From contig JAWMAR010000077.1 in NCBI GenBank assembly GCA_036785375.1, forward strand, positions 1,364,001-1,428,000: a stretch of 64,000 nt of DNA. The letters run 5' to 3'. The notes beneath the pieces are model-generated. The model saw only the letters and a list, made by a program, of their open reading frames with translations. It ran no database searches and was not told the origin of the DNA. The DNA comes from Leucoraja ocellata (lineage: Eukaryota). Made by a program: the position numbers and the translations under genes. Positions 13,551 to 25,019 of this stretch are shown in pieces (the stretch's first letter is position 1; every line of letters begins with the position of its first letter).

Positions 13551-13978
13551 ATGTGGCTGTTTTCCTGTTTTTTCGTGCTAAGTTTGAGCTGTGCGTGTCA
13601 GATGGTTCTTCAGCTATGTATTGTCGGTCTCTCCCGTGGCACAGCCGATTTAATCAAAATCTGTTCTTTTTGCAGGCGGGTGTTTGTCCCAGACCCTGAA
13701 CCAGCCCAAAGGATCGCTAACCTCGCCTGCCGGTAAAACAGTGCGAGTCTGGTGTCAAGTGAAAGACGGCCAAATTAGTGACACCAACCCCATTCACTGG
13801 TACCAACAGAAAGCCGGGCAGCCGATCGCTCGGATACTCTACTTTGGAAGTAGCGTGGTGCGGGATCCGGGCTTTGGGACTACCTTCAACGGTGGGAAAA
13901 CCACTGACACCGCATTCTACCTCGCAATTGAATTAACGGCTGACAAATCTGCCACCTATTACTGCGCCTGCTGGGTTA
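13551..13978 (+). CDS. TRGV: TCR gamma V segment V2 (leader 13551-13590, intron 13591-13675, V exon 13676-13978)
   Basis: Leader MWLFSCFFVLSLS; phase-1 intron gtgcgt...ttgcag; VRVWC, IHWYQQKAGQ, SATYYCACW. Confidence 0.9.
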
Positions 13979-14017
13979 CACAGCGTGTAACAGAAACACA
14001 ATCTCCGCACAAAAAGC
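13979..14017 (+). other. 23-RSS of V2
   Basis: CACAGCG + 23 nt + ACAAAAAGC. Confidence 0.9.
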
Positions 14018-14046
14018 CAGAACACCTGTGTGCACCTGATCCGGAG

Positions 14047-14115
14047 ACTGCAACAACACGCCGCTGCACCCCTCGCCTACTGCAACAACCCGCCGATGCA
14101 CCCCTCGCCTACTGC
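14047..14115 (+). repeat. 32-bp tandem duplication just downstream of the V2 RSS
   Basis: ACTGCAACAACMCGCCGMTGCACCCCTCGCCT twice. Confidence 0.8.
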
Positions 14116-14415
14116 TTCTCCCAGGGACAGGTGCTGGGGTCCGAGCGAGTAGCAGCCGCTAAAACGGCCCGGATCTCCAGTTACAAGGAAGCGTTTCCGC
14201 TTCAACGATGAGACTGACCCTTGTGTTACCCAATTCCTGGAAGCTGTCCTCCCGCGGAACGGTGGGCGAGGGACTGGCCCGGCCGGTGTGGTGACAAATG
14301 GACTCGCTTTACCTACAGAGTTCCCAATCACCCGACTCTGACGCTGCTCGTCAGAAAACATCATCCCGGTTCCAAGACATTACTGCAGGGCTATTTTCTT
14401 CCACCCAGAAATCTG

Positions 14416-15235
14416 CAATAAGCGTGTTCGGTATTCCGACAACGCATGCCCAGGTTATAGGTCACTAGCTATAAAACAGCCTTGGCAACGGTGATGCTGC
14501 ATTGTGTGCAGGCGCGTTTCGTCAGTAGTCGGGGTTGGCCCTCCGTCGCTGCGGGTGCTGTTGGGCCGTCCCCTCCCCGGTGTCCCGTCCCTGCCTGGAG
14601 GTGTCCGGGTTGGCCCTGGGCTGGCGAGGCGACCCTGGACTTGCAGCCGCTGGCTCCAGCTCGGCCCTGCCTGTCCCACCGGGTTAGCCCCAGCAGCCCT
14701 CCACCTCCACCTCCTCCCCTCAGTCGGACTCGTACTGTTGCCACGCAACGCCAACTGGAGTACATGCGGTGAACTGCAGGTAAGCGTGTCTTTGGTAAGC
14801 ACTTACCCTGGTTTCCAGTGAAGGGGCCCGTCTTCTATCCCAGCTTCCGGACTCCACGCAGACTAGATCCACAATCGTGGACCCCGGCCATCTATCCCCC
14901 GGCCGCTTACACCTTGGTGTTCGGGTTCAGTGCAAAGATAGTAGGGCATTTGGTTCAGAGCGCTCAGTCACCCTCCACAATTATTTACAGCGCAAAAATT
15001 GACCATTTCGGCGGTTTTAACAAGTAAGAAAGTACGCGTTTCGTGTGTTAACAGTGTATGCGGGAGGCTGCCATGTCCTCCAGATGGATTGAGCTGCTCC
15101 GTGCGTCACGCCCTTTGACCCGATGACCTTACATGCAGCCCCCTATAGCGCTGAGATCTATTTACTGTTATAGCTTACGGCCTTTGACAAATCCTATGTT
15201 TCCTTGTGTTTTTCGAAATACCGAACTCACTTATC
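14416..15235. mobile_element. TIR element B containing most of element A
   Basis: TIRs AATAAGCGTGTTCGGTATTCCGA / TCGAAATACCGAACTCACTTAT; interior 14728-15145 matches blocks of 4531-5304. Confidence 0.55.
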
Positions 15236-18095
15236 GTTTCATCAATGAACTCCGTCTGTGTAACAAGTGCACCAAGAAGTGACAATCTACAGCAAGTGAG
15301 TCTAATGAAACATCCTCGCTATTCCATGGCCAGAAAAAGTGAACTGGACCAGCCACTTCACTACTGGGGCAACGCGTACAAGACTAGATATCATGGGATG
15401 ACATTTAAGGATGAGTTTAGCTCCAAACATCTCTCAAAAAGCTCAACACCATCTAGGAAAAGACATTCAAGAGTCTAGAGTTTAATTGTCATGTGCACAG
15501 GGACCAGGCCAACAAAGCTGCTGCTTTACAGACATATTAAATGCAACATTACGAACAATTATACTATAAATTCTCAGTTAAAGCAGCTAGCTAGACCACA
15601 ATAGTATAAGACAAAGTAAGTAGTGGAACCTTATGGAAAGTTCGTAGTAGTTTGGTGCTGAGGTCAGGTTGTGCAATAAGACTCAAAAGCCTGATAAATA
15701 ATGAAAAATCTTCTTTCCAATGGTAACAGCAAGAGCATGTTTCAGGTGGTGTGGATCTTTAATGATCTACTCCTGTAGATCCCGTTAGTGGTGGAGAGGT
15801 CATTATCTGTAGAGTTGCCAGGCTGTATGCTCTCCACCTATAGTAAATCACAAGAGTATTCAGTACTATGCCAAATCTCCTCAAAATTCTGAGGCAGTAG
15901 AGATGTTGGCGAGTTTTATTTTGTAATTGCATCATTATACTGGGCCCAGGATAGATCATCGGAGATCTGTGCATGAGGGAACCTGAAGCTGTTGACTCTC
16001 TATACTGCCACCCCACTAATGAAGACAGGTGTAAGGACACCTCAGTTTTCCCTTCCTGATGAAAAATTAGCTCATTGGACTTGCTAACATTGAGAGCGAG
16101 TTTGTTGTTCTGGTACCACTCAACCAGATTATTATTTTCACTCGTATACTCTGACATCCTTACCATTATTCATCCAACATTGGTGGTGTCATGTGTGAAT
16201 TTAAAGTTTGTGTTGGAGCTGTGTCTGGCTGCACAGTCACGAGTATAGAAATGGTAGGGGATGACTGAGCATGCGGTCTTCATGTGCTTCTCAAGGTCAG
16301 TGTGGAGGAGTTGCGTTTGCCAATTCATACCAATTGAGTTCTGCCACTGAGGAAGTTAAGGATTTTACTTCGGAGTCACGTGAGTGACTACGTGAAGAAC
16401 CCGCCATGGCGCATGCGTATCATATTGCTACAACAATTGCGAAACGACAGGCGGGGTGGAACGATGTTCCCCCGCAGCGGCAAGTTTAAAAGCCGGGACC
16501 GACAGGTAAGTGGTTACTCTGCGGTCTTTATTTTTCCCATACTGTTTCACAGGTGGGAAAACGATGGACAAATCCAAAAAATCAACCAGAGCTGCGACAA
16601 AGCTGGCGGGGGAGGACCGCGGAGTTGCGGGCAGCCAGCAGCGGCCGGCACAGGAATCACACGTAATGGGATCAGCTGTGCCCGACTTAACCCCGCACCT
16701 GCCAGATCAACACCGCGTCCAGGCGGGAAGGCAAAAAGAAAAACAAACGGAGCCGTTGACTCTGAGGAGTCCGACTTTGAGGAGCCACGAGCAGCCAGCG
16801 ACCGTGCGCGCTGGAGCCGGATGGAGCGGCTCATGGAGCAAATGCTCCAACGTGACAGACTCCGGGAGATGGAGTCTAGTCACCGTGGGTCATATATAAC
16901 ACCCACAGCAGCACCTTACCTAGGGCTGCACAGTGCATCTCCCTCGTCAGAGGGGTGTACTGGGGGTCAATTCTGGGCTGACCCCGAAGAGGGGTTTGCT
17001 GAACAAACTACAAGTGTGTAGGGGGTGCAGGAAGGCGAAAATCTACTGGACATGGTGTCCAACTACATACAGCCGGATCAGACTGGACGGAACCTAGAAC
17101 AGAAACTAGCTGCCAGCATTGATGTCCTGTCATTCAAGCAACTACAGGAACAGGCTGTGATGGACACCACTGCCAAATATCTGGCACCAGGAAATTGCGT
17201 ATCCCTGAATGTTCCAGTCGTGAATAATTGTATCTGGAAATACGTCGGAGCAGCAGTTAGAAGCATGGATGTCAAGCTCCAGAGAATACTAAAACTACTA
17301 ACAGCAGGGATCACAGCATTCGCTCGCACAGTGGATGGGAAGGAAATGTCGCAAGAACAACAGGATGTACTGGCATTATTCTGCAATACGCAGTATGAAA
17401 TGTCAGAAAAAGTGCCATCCGACCTGCCTTAAATCCAAAATTTTCAGGCCTGTGCAAACCTGGAGACACAAAGCCACCAATATTATTATTTGGTGGAAAC
17501 CTGTCCAAGCAGGTTAAGGAGCTCGATGAGGCGGCAAAAACCCTGGGGCTCATAAAGGCGACAACAGCAAAGACTTCCCACAGCCACAAACAGCACTCTT
17601 ACGCACCCACCAGCAGAACAGGAGAAGCTGGTAAAAGCTCAAAGGCACGGCATACAGGACAGCGGTCTTTTTTAGGCCATGGCCCAGACCGGCCTTCGTG
17701 GAAAATGCGCAAACCCCAAACCCAAACCCAGACACCGGCACCTCAACCTCCTCGAAGACCACACAGGAAGAAGTAAACCTTCCACTGGTAACCATGGAGG
17801 TAGGTGGGTTTGGTCCCTTACAAATTATAGGAAGTGTGGAAAATACACATATCGGTGGGAGATTACACTTCTTTTGGGAGGCATGGAGTGCATTGACAAC
17901 AGACACTTATATCCTAAACAGTATCCAGGGATATACCATTGAATTTGAGCACAAAAATAGCCCCCCAGTTCAGCATGTACCGAACCGAATGTTCGTACTT
18001 TCATGAAAAGAAAAATTAGAAGCACATGCTGAACTGGTGAGACTTCACGCAAAGGGGGTAATTGAAAAATCCCAACAAATAATTCTCTGGAATTT

Positions 18096-19721
18096 GTGTC
18101 TAATATCTTTACCAAAAACAAAAAAGATGGTGCTTGTCGCATTATCATAGATTTGACCAACTTGAATACATATGTGGAATATATTCATTTCAAAATGGAA
18201 ACCTTAGTTACTGCCAAACAATTGATTTCCAAAGGCTACTTCATGGCTAGCATCGACTTAAAAGATGCTTACTATTCAGTGCCTATACGGACTGACCACA
18301 CACGTTATTTAAAATTCAACTGGATGGGGCAGCGCTGGCAGTATAGAGCTCTACCAAATGGATTAACATCAGCCCTCAGGCTGTTTACAAAAATTTTGAA
18401 ACCAGTCCTAGCGTTTCTTCGGAAACAAAAACATATGATCATGGCCTATCTAGATGACATATTGATTGTGGGCAAAACTTTGGAACTAGCCAAACTAGCT
18501 GTATCAGCCACCAAACAATTGTTTGAGAAACTGGGGTTTATCATCCATCCAGTTAAATCTAAACTAACGCCTTCCACCATAATGGATTATTTGGGGGTCA
18601 CTATTGACTCAGTTCACTTGTTGGTGACTTTACCAAAGGACAAGGCTACAGTCTTAATTGAGGGCTGCAACAACCTCATTGACATCAGTGAACCATCTAT
18701 CAGATTGGTAGCAAGGGTGATTGGCAAAATAATGGCTGCTTTTCCAGCCACACAATTTGGACCTTTGTATTATCAACATTTACAAAGGGCAAAAGTACAA
18801 GCATTCAAAATTAATGCGGGTCATTTCGACAGACCAATGAAGCTACCAATCAAAGCAATTATGGAATTAAAATGGTGGAGGGATAACATTCGGCCTTGTT
18901 CCAGCCCTATTATTATCAGCAACCGCTCAGTGGTGCTACAAACTGATGCCAGTGCGTTTGGTTGGGGTGCAACCAATTCCATCTCCAGTTGTGGAGGTAG
19001 ATGGAATGCACAGGAGGCATCATTACTACAGACACTTGGCATAAACTACCTGGAAATGTTGGATGCGTTCTATGGCCTAAAGTCATACTATTCTGGAATA
19101 TATCACCAGCATGTTAGACTACAGATTGACAATACCACCGTGGTGGCATATATTAACCATATGGGTGGAATCAAATCGACATCATGTGACAATCTGGATA
19201 ATACAAATTGGCAATGGTGTATCCAGAGAAATATTTGAATATCAGCTACTTACCTACCAGGTAACCTAAATTCAGTGGCAGACACCAGGTCACGCAAATT
19301 CAATGAAAACATCGAATGGATGTTGGATATAAAAGTATTTGCTGAAATTGTAGCACAGTATGGAACACCAGATATCGATCTATTTGCATCTAGACTCAAT
19401 CACCAGTTACCAAACTATGTTTCTTGGGAACCAGACCCTGGGGCATCAGCGATAGATGCTTTTTCGCTGCATTGGGGGAAATTGTTTTTCTATGCATTCC
19501 CTCCTTTTGTCTCATCAGTCGGATATTATGCAAAATACAACAAGTCTGGCATTTTGGTAGTGCCCGATTGGCCTACTCAACCATGGTTCCCTGTGATACT
19601 CGACATGGTCTTAGAACCATGTATCACCATCCTGAAACGACCAGATTTGTTGGTTCATCCCGTAACTGGGGATAGCCATCCATGTCATAAAACGACAAAC
19701 TTATTAAGTTGTAGAGTCTAA
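18096..19721 (+). pseudogene. DIRS RT / RNase H / DNA methyltransferase-like ORF, interrupted by stops and frameshifts
   Basis: FMASIDLKDAYYSVPI, AYLDDILI, LQTDASAFGWG, DIDLFASRLN, FFYAFPPF. Confidence 0.85.
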
Positions 19722-19753
19722 AGAGACCTCAACTGGGACTGACGGACCGAACA

Positions 19754-21029
19754 TTGAACGTTATCTCAGCGGCTCACAGGCAGTCCACCAAAAAACAATA
19801 TCTGGTATACATCAGGAAATGGGAGATATATTGCCACAGAAACAACATCACTTACAGCTCGATGAACATAACTTCTGTTCTGGAATTCCTGGCAGGCCTC
19901 CATTATGATGTGGACAAGCTTTTCCCTTTGAGAATAGGGAAGATTCAAACAAGAGGACATGACTTCAGAATTAAGGGACAGAAGTTTAGGGGTAATATGA
20001 GGGGGAACTTCTTTACTCAGAGAGTGGTAGCGGTGTGGAATGATCTTCCAGTGGAAGTGGTGGAGGCAGGTTCATTGGTATCATTTAAAAATAAATTGGA
20101 TAGGCATATGGATGAGAAGGGAATGGAGGGTTATGGTATGAGTGCAGGCAGGTGGGACTAAGGGGAAAAAAAATTTGTTCGGCACGGACTTGTAGGGCCG
20201 AGATGGCCTGTTTCCGTGCTGTAATTGTTATATGGTTATATGGTTATATGATGAGGGGCCCAGTTAAAGTGCCATTAACTGCGCCAGAAGTGCCCTTTCA
20301 GCATATCTATGGCGAGGATCAGAGCGTCATTCTGTTGGGACTCGCCCCCTGGTAACCAAACTTATGAGGGGAATTTTTAATATCAATCCCCCAAGAACCA
20401 GGTACTCTCAAATATGGGATGTGAGTATTGTCCTAACGTTGCTAAGGAACTGGTCTCCAGCAACAGCTCTATCCCTGCAAAAGCTGACGCATAAAACAGT
20501 CATGCTGATGGCTTTGGTCACAGCACAAAGGGTACAGTCTTTACATAAGTTAAGGCTGGACAATACGACTTCTTCAACAAAAAATATAACTTTTCATATT
20601 CACGAATTAGTCAAACAGAACAGACCGGGATCATCAGGCCTCAAAATAGAATTCGGGGCCTACCCTATAGATGATCGTCTCTGTATAATAAGACATTTAT
20701 TGTTATATATGGAGAACACCAAAAACATCAGAGGCAATGAGATGGCATTACTAATCAGCCACAAGCAACCCCACAAAAAAGTGTCGGTTCAAACTATTTC
20801 CAGATGGCTGAAACCGGTTTTAACAACAGCTGGGGTGGATACTAACATATTCAAATCTCATTCCATCAGGGCTGCAGCTACATCGGCAGCTATGGAGTTG
20901 GACGTACCGATGGACCAAATCCTGGAGACAGCAGGATGGTCAAGGGAAAAAACGTTCCAACAATTCTACCATAAACCAGTGGTTAAACCTGGAGCTTTTG
21001 CAGAATCAATTTTAAGTTCTGTAATATGA
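19754..21029 (+). pseudogene. DIRS tyrosine recombinase, interrupted by a LINE fragment and a stop
   Basis: Catalytic motifs TAQR, VKQ, HSIR, AGW, FY. Confidence 0.85.
19911..20246 (+). mobile_element. 5'-truncated CR1-like LINE inserted into the DIRS YR gene
   Basis: Same family as 9525-10785; flanked by TATGATG at 19904-19910 and 20247-20253. Confidence 0.9.
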
Positions 21030-23211
21030 TTTCACCCCATAAAATAGGGCTATAATTTGTTGTTAATAAATTTATCATGGATTTTCAATATCAGATTCAT
21101 GTTTAAACATGTTAACACAATTCCTCCCTTAGTCAATTAAGACAGATGTGATGCATGGACTCGTTTCCACGGCATGAAATCACAGAGCTTTGAAATCTTC
21201 ACGTAGTCACTCACGTGACTCCAAAGTAAAATAGTAAGATTAAACGAGAACTTACCAGTTCGAAGTTTGATCATTATTTTATGAGGAGTAACGTTGAAGG
21301 ATTACGTGCCCTCCACTCCCACCCTTGATCATAAAGTTCAACTGGTATCCTCTTCTCTAATCTTACTATGTTCAGTTATTTACTGTTATCTGTGATTTCA
21401 CACCGCTGCTTTGAAGAATGACACGCTTGCGCTCTGGCGGGTTCTTCACGTAATCCCTCAACGTTACCCCTCATAAAATAATGATCAAACTTCGAACTGG
21501 TAAGTTCTCGTTTAATCTTACTATTCAATTGTATTGTGCCAAGCAGAGATCAATTTCCCTGCATTTAACAATAGGTTTGGAAGGGATGATGTAGGGTATG
21601 TATTTGTGTTGTCCAAGTGGTCCAGTGCCGAGTGGAGAGCCAACAAGGTCACATCCATTATTGATCTTCTGTGGTGAATTGAAGTGAATTGAAGTGAGTC
21701 CATGTCATTACCAAGGCATTAATTGATACTGTTCCCAACCAAACCCTCAAAGCACTTCATCACAAGAGACATGCCACTTGTCGGTAGTCATTGAGGCATA
21801 TAACTTGCTCTTCTTTGGCATTGGTATTAAGGGATCTTGGACAATTGTAATAAGAGGTTGAAGATGTCTGCAAGAGCTCCAGCCATTTAGTCCGCAGTGA
21901 CCAGCGACACCATCAGGAGTGGATGCCTGCTGAGGGTTCACCCTCACCACACCACTAGGGGCGCTAAACGATTGCCAGCCCCGCCAACAGTCTATTTGTT
22001 TTACGTCTTTTTAAAAATTTTTAGTGCATTTTATAGGTTTTGTGTAAATGTTCTCTGGTTTGTTTGATGTGGTGGGTGATCTTTTTTTTCAGTTTCCTAC
22101 CTTGAAAGGAGACACGATGTTTCCAGGTCGCATCTCGGGTCGCTCTGCGGCCTGTCATCGATGGAGCTGGAGGTCTCTTCGGACTGACCTTGGGCCCCAT
22201 TCCAGGGCGTGGACTTAATATCGGAGCTGCTCCCTTGCCAGGGATCGCTCCAACAGTGGCCTGCAGATTTACCATCAAGAGCTCGCAATCTCGGGAGAGG
22301 CTAATCGAGAGCTCCGACATACGCAGAGGCTCGACCAGCCCCGACGCGAGGTTCGATCGGCCAGCGCGGGGGGGGAGCTGACATCCCCCTGATGCAGGAG
22401 CTGGATCGCCCTGACGTGGAGATCATCCCGTTAACGGAGGGCTCGAGGCCCCCGACCGAGAGCTAAGGGAAGAGATTGAACTTTGTTTTGCCTTCCATCA
22501 TAGTGAGGAATTGGGGTCTCTGTGGTGGACGTTTATGTTAAAATGTGTTTTGTGTGTTCTGTTGCTTTTTATTTGTATGACTGACTTGGCAAATGAAATT
22601 CCTCGTATGTTGCAAAACATACTTGGCTAATAAAGTATTATTGTGATTGTGATTGTGAAGGGTCTTCAGATCCTTCTGAAGATCCTCCTGTACCTATATC
22701 TTCCCCCCCCCTTACATCCATCCAGGGATTCTAGCGGTCCTTCGGGGTGGAAGATTTCAACCTTCACGTGGTCCGCCCTGTTTCGATTAATGCAATCAAC
22801 TCGACGTGCACAAACAGAAGATCAAATAGAACAAGTTGTCCTACAACTCTAGGTTGTGCACGCCACACGAAAGAAGAAGCAGAAGCAGTCCTTCCAGGTG
22901 AGACAAATGCACCTCCTCTAACCATTAACTCCCCTTCCCATTCATATACTGGCCTTGTTGACCTGGGCCACCACCATGCCAGAGTAAGACCACACGCAAA
23001 CTGGAAGAGCAGTACCTCTCTTTCCAATTGGATATCTTGCAGCTTAATGTTTACTTTAGTTTATTATTGCAAGTGTACAGAAGTGCAGTGAAAAGCTTTT
23101 TGTTGTGGGCTATCCAGTCAAAAAAAACTCTATACATGATTACAAGCAAGCTGTCCACAGTGTAAAGGTAAAGCTTGAAGGGTACAACATTTTGTGCACG
23201 ACAAGGTCTGA

Positions 23212-23615
23212 TAGAAGATTGAGGGGGGATCTTATAGAAACTTACAAAATTCTTAAGGGGTTGGACACGCTAGATGCAGGAAGATTATTCCCGATGTTGG
23301 GGAAGTCCAGGACAAGAGGTCACAGTTTAAGGATAAGGGGGAAATCTTTTAGGACCGAGATGAGGAAAACATTTTTCACACAGAGAGTGGTGAATCTCTG
23401 GAATTCTCTGCCACAGAAGGTAGTTGAGGCCAGTTCATTGGTTATATTTAAGAGGGAGTTAGATGTGGCCCATGTGTCTATAGAGATCAGGGGGTATGGA
23501 GAGAAGGCAGGTACAGGATACTGAGTTGGATGATCAGCCATGATCATATTGAATGGCGGTGCAGGCTCGAAGGGCCGAATGGCCTACTCCTACACCTATT
23601 TTCTATGTTTCTATG
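23212..23615 (+). mobile_element. CR1-like LINE 3' fragment
   Basis: RRLRGDLIETYK ... (CTATGTTT)n. Confidence 0.85.
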
Positions 23616-24487
23616 ATAAAATATAGTTCAAAGGTCTCCAATGAGGTAGATGGGAGGTCAGGATGGCACTTTAGTTGGCGAGAAGACGATTCAGTTGCTT
23701 GATAGCAGCTGGGAAGAAACTATCCCTGAATCTGGAGTAAAGTGTTTTCAAACTTCTGTGCCTCTTGCCTGATGGGAAAGGGGGTAGTGACCAGGCGAGA
23801 CCAGTTTTTGATTGTGCTGGTGGCCTTGTCAAGGCAATGTGAAGTGTAGATGGAGTCAATGTTGGTTTGCGTGATGATCTAGGCTATGTCCACAACTCTC
23901 TGAATTTTCTTGTGGTCAAGAATGGTGCTGTTCCCAAACTAGGCTATGATGCATCCCAGTAAAATGGTTTCTATGGGGCATCTGTAGAAGCTGGTAAGTG
24001 ATGTTGGGACTTCCTCAGCCTTCTAAGGAAGTAGACGAAATGTGCAAGAAAGAAGTACAGATGCTGGTTTACATCGAAGATAGGCTCAAAATGATGGAGT
24101 AACTCAGTGGGTCAGGCAGTCTGAAGAATGGTCTTGACCCGAAACGTCATCTATTCCTTTTCTCCGGAGGTGCTGCCTGATCCATTGAGTTACACCAGCA
24201 TGTTGCATGTACCTCAGTAAGCAGATATGCTGGTGTGCTTTCCCTGCCCGAGCTTCGATGTGGTTAGTTAAGGAAGGATTTATAGTGATCTTTATTCCTT
24301 GGAACTTGAAACTTTTGACGATCTCTACTTCGGTGCCTTTAATGTATACTGGTATGTGTGTACCTCATTGCTTTCTGAAGTAAAATATAATCTTGCTGAC
24401 ATTGAAGGAAGGTTTTTTGTTATGGCACCAGGTTGCAAGGTTCTCATTCTCCTTCTTGAACTTGGGGGGGTGGGGGGGGGGGGATGT

Positions 24488-24521
<34 letters not shown>

Positions 24522-25019
24522 GCGTGCTGAGAATACATCATCTCAGACATTAGTCTGAAGCAGGGTTTCGACCCGAAACATCACCATTCCTCCTCTCCAG
24601 AAAGCAGCCTGTCCCGCTGAGTTATTGCAGCATTTTGTGTCTATCTTTGAAAGGTCACATATCCATGTCCTCCGGAGATGCTGCCAGACCCGCTGAGTTA
24701 CTCCAGTACTCAGTCACTTTTTTGTACACCAGCACCTACAGTTCCTTGAATCTCGAAGGATCTTCAGTTGCTGGTCTCGGACACTGAGATCACAGTGTCA
24801 TGGGGGATGTGGGGTATCGTGAAGGCCCTTTGTTCTTCCCTTTGATGCAAACATAGAAGACATTGAGCTCATCCAGAAATGATCTTTCTATGTCACCCGA
24901 CCTACTTAGTGTCACCTTGTAGGACGTGATCATGTCCAAGCCCTGCCAGACCTTGTTGAGCATCCACCTCAGCAACCGCCCTGAACATTTATTCTCACCA
25001 CCAGCTGTGCTTAATAACA

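Larger units (their letters stand above)
16362..21525 (+). mobile_element. Full-length DIRS1-type tyrosine-recombinase retrotransposon (degenerate ORFs)
   Basis: Left terminal repeat from 16362; gag-like region about 16563-17760; RT (IDLKDAY, YLDD) and RNase H (TDAS) 18096-19238; methyltransferase-like 19275-19721; YR 19754-21029; internal complementary region 21196-21308; right terminal repeat 21418-21525. Confidence 0.93.
15478..21950 (-). mobile_element. Decayed Rex1/Babar-like LINE split by the DIRS insertion (pieces 15478-16361 and 21526-21950)
   Basis: [17 protein letters not shown] motifs; flanks rejoin as aaggATTcaattg, matching the intact homolog near 38170. Confidence 0.7.

Noticed and set aside
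21952-21966. CTCF-like CCACTAGGGGCGCTA (similar motif at 24-36)
   Set aside because: One G short of consensus or inside repeat sequence; not positioned next to a V or RSS
4608-24800. Isolated CACAGTG heptamers (for example near 4608, 12775, 12861, 16929, 23157, 24791)
   Set aside because: No nonamer at 12 or 23 nt and no adjacent V, D or J coding sequence
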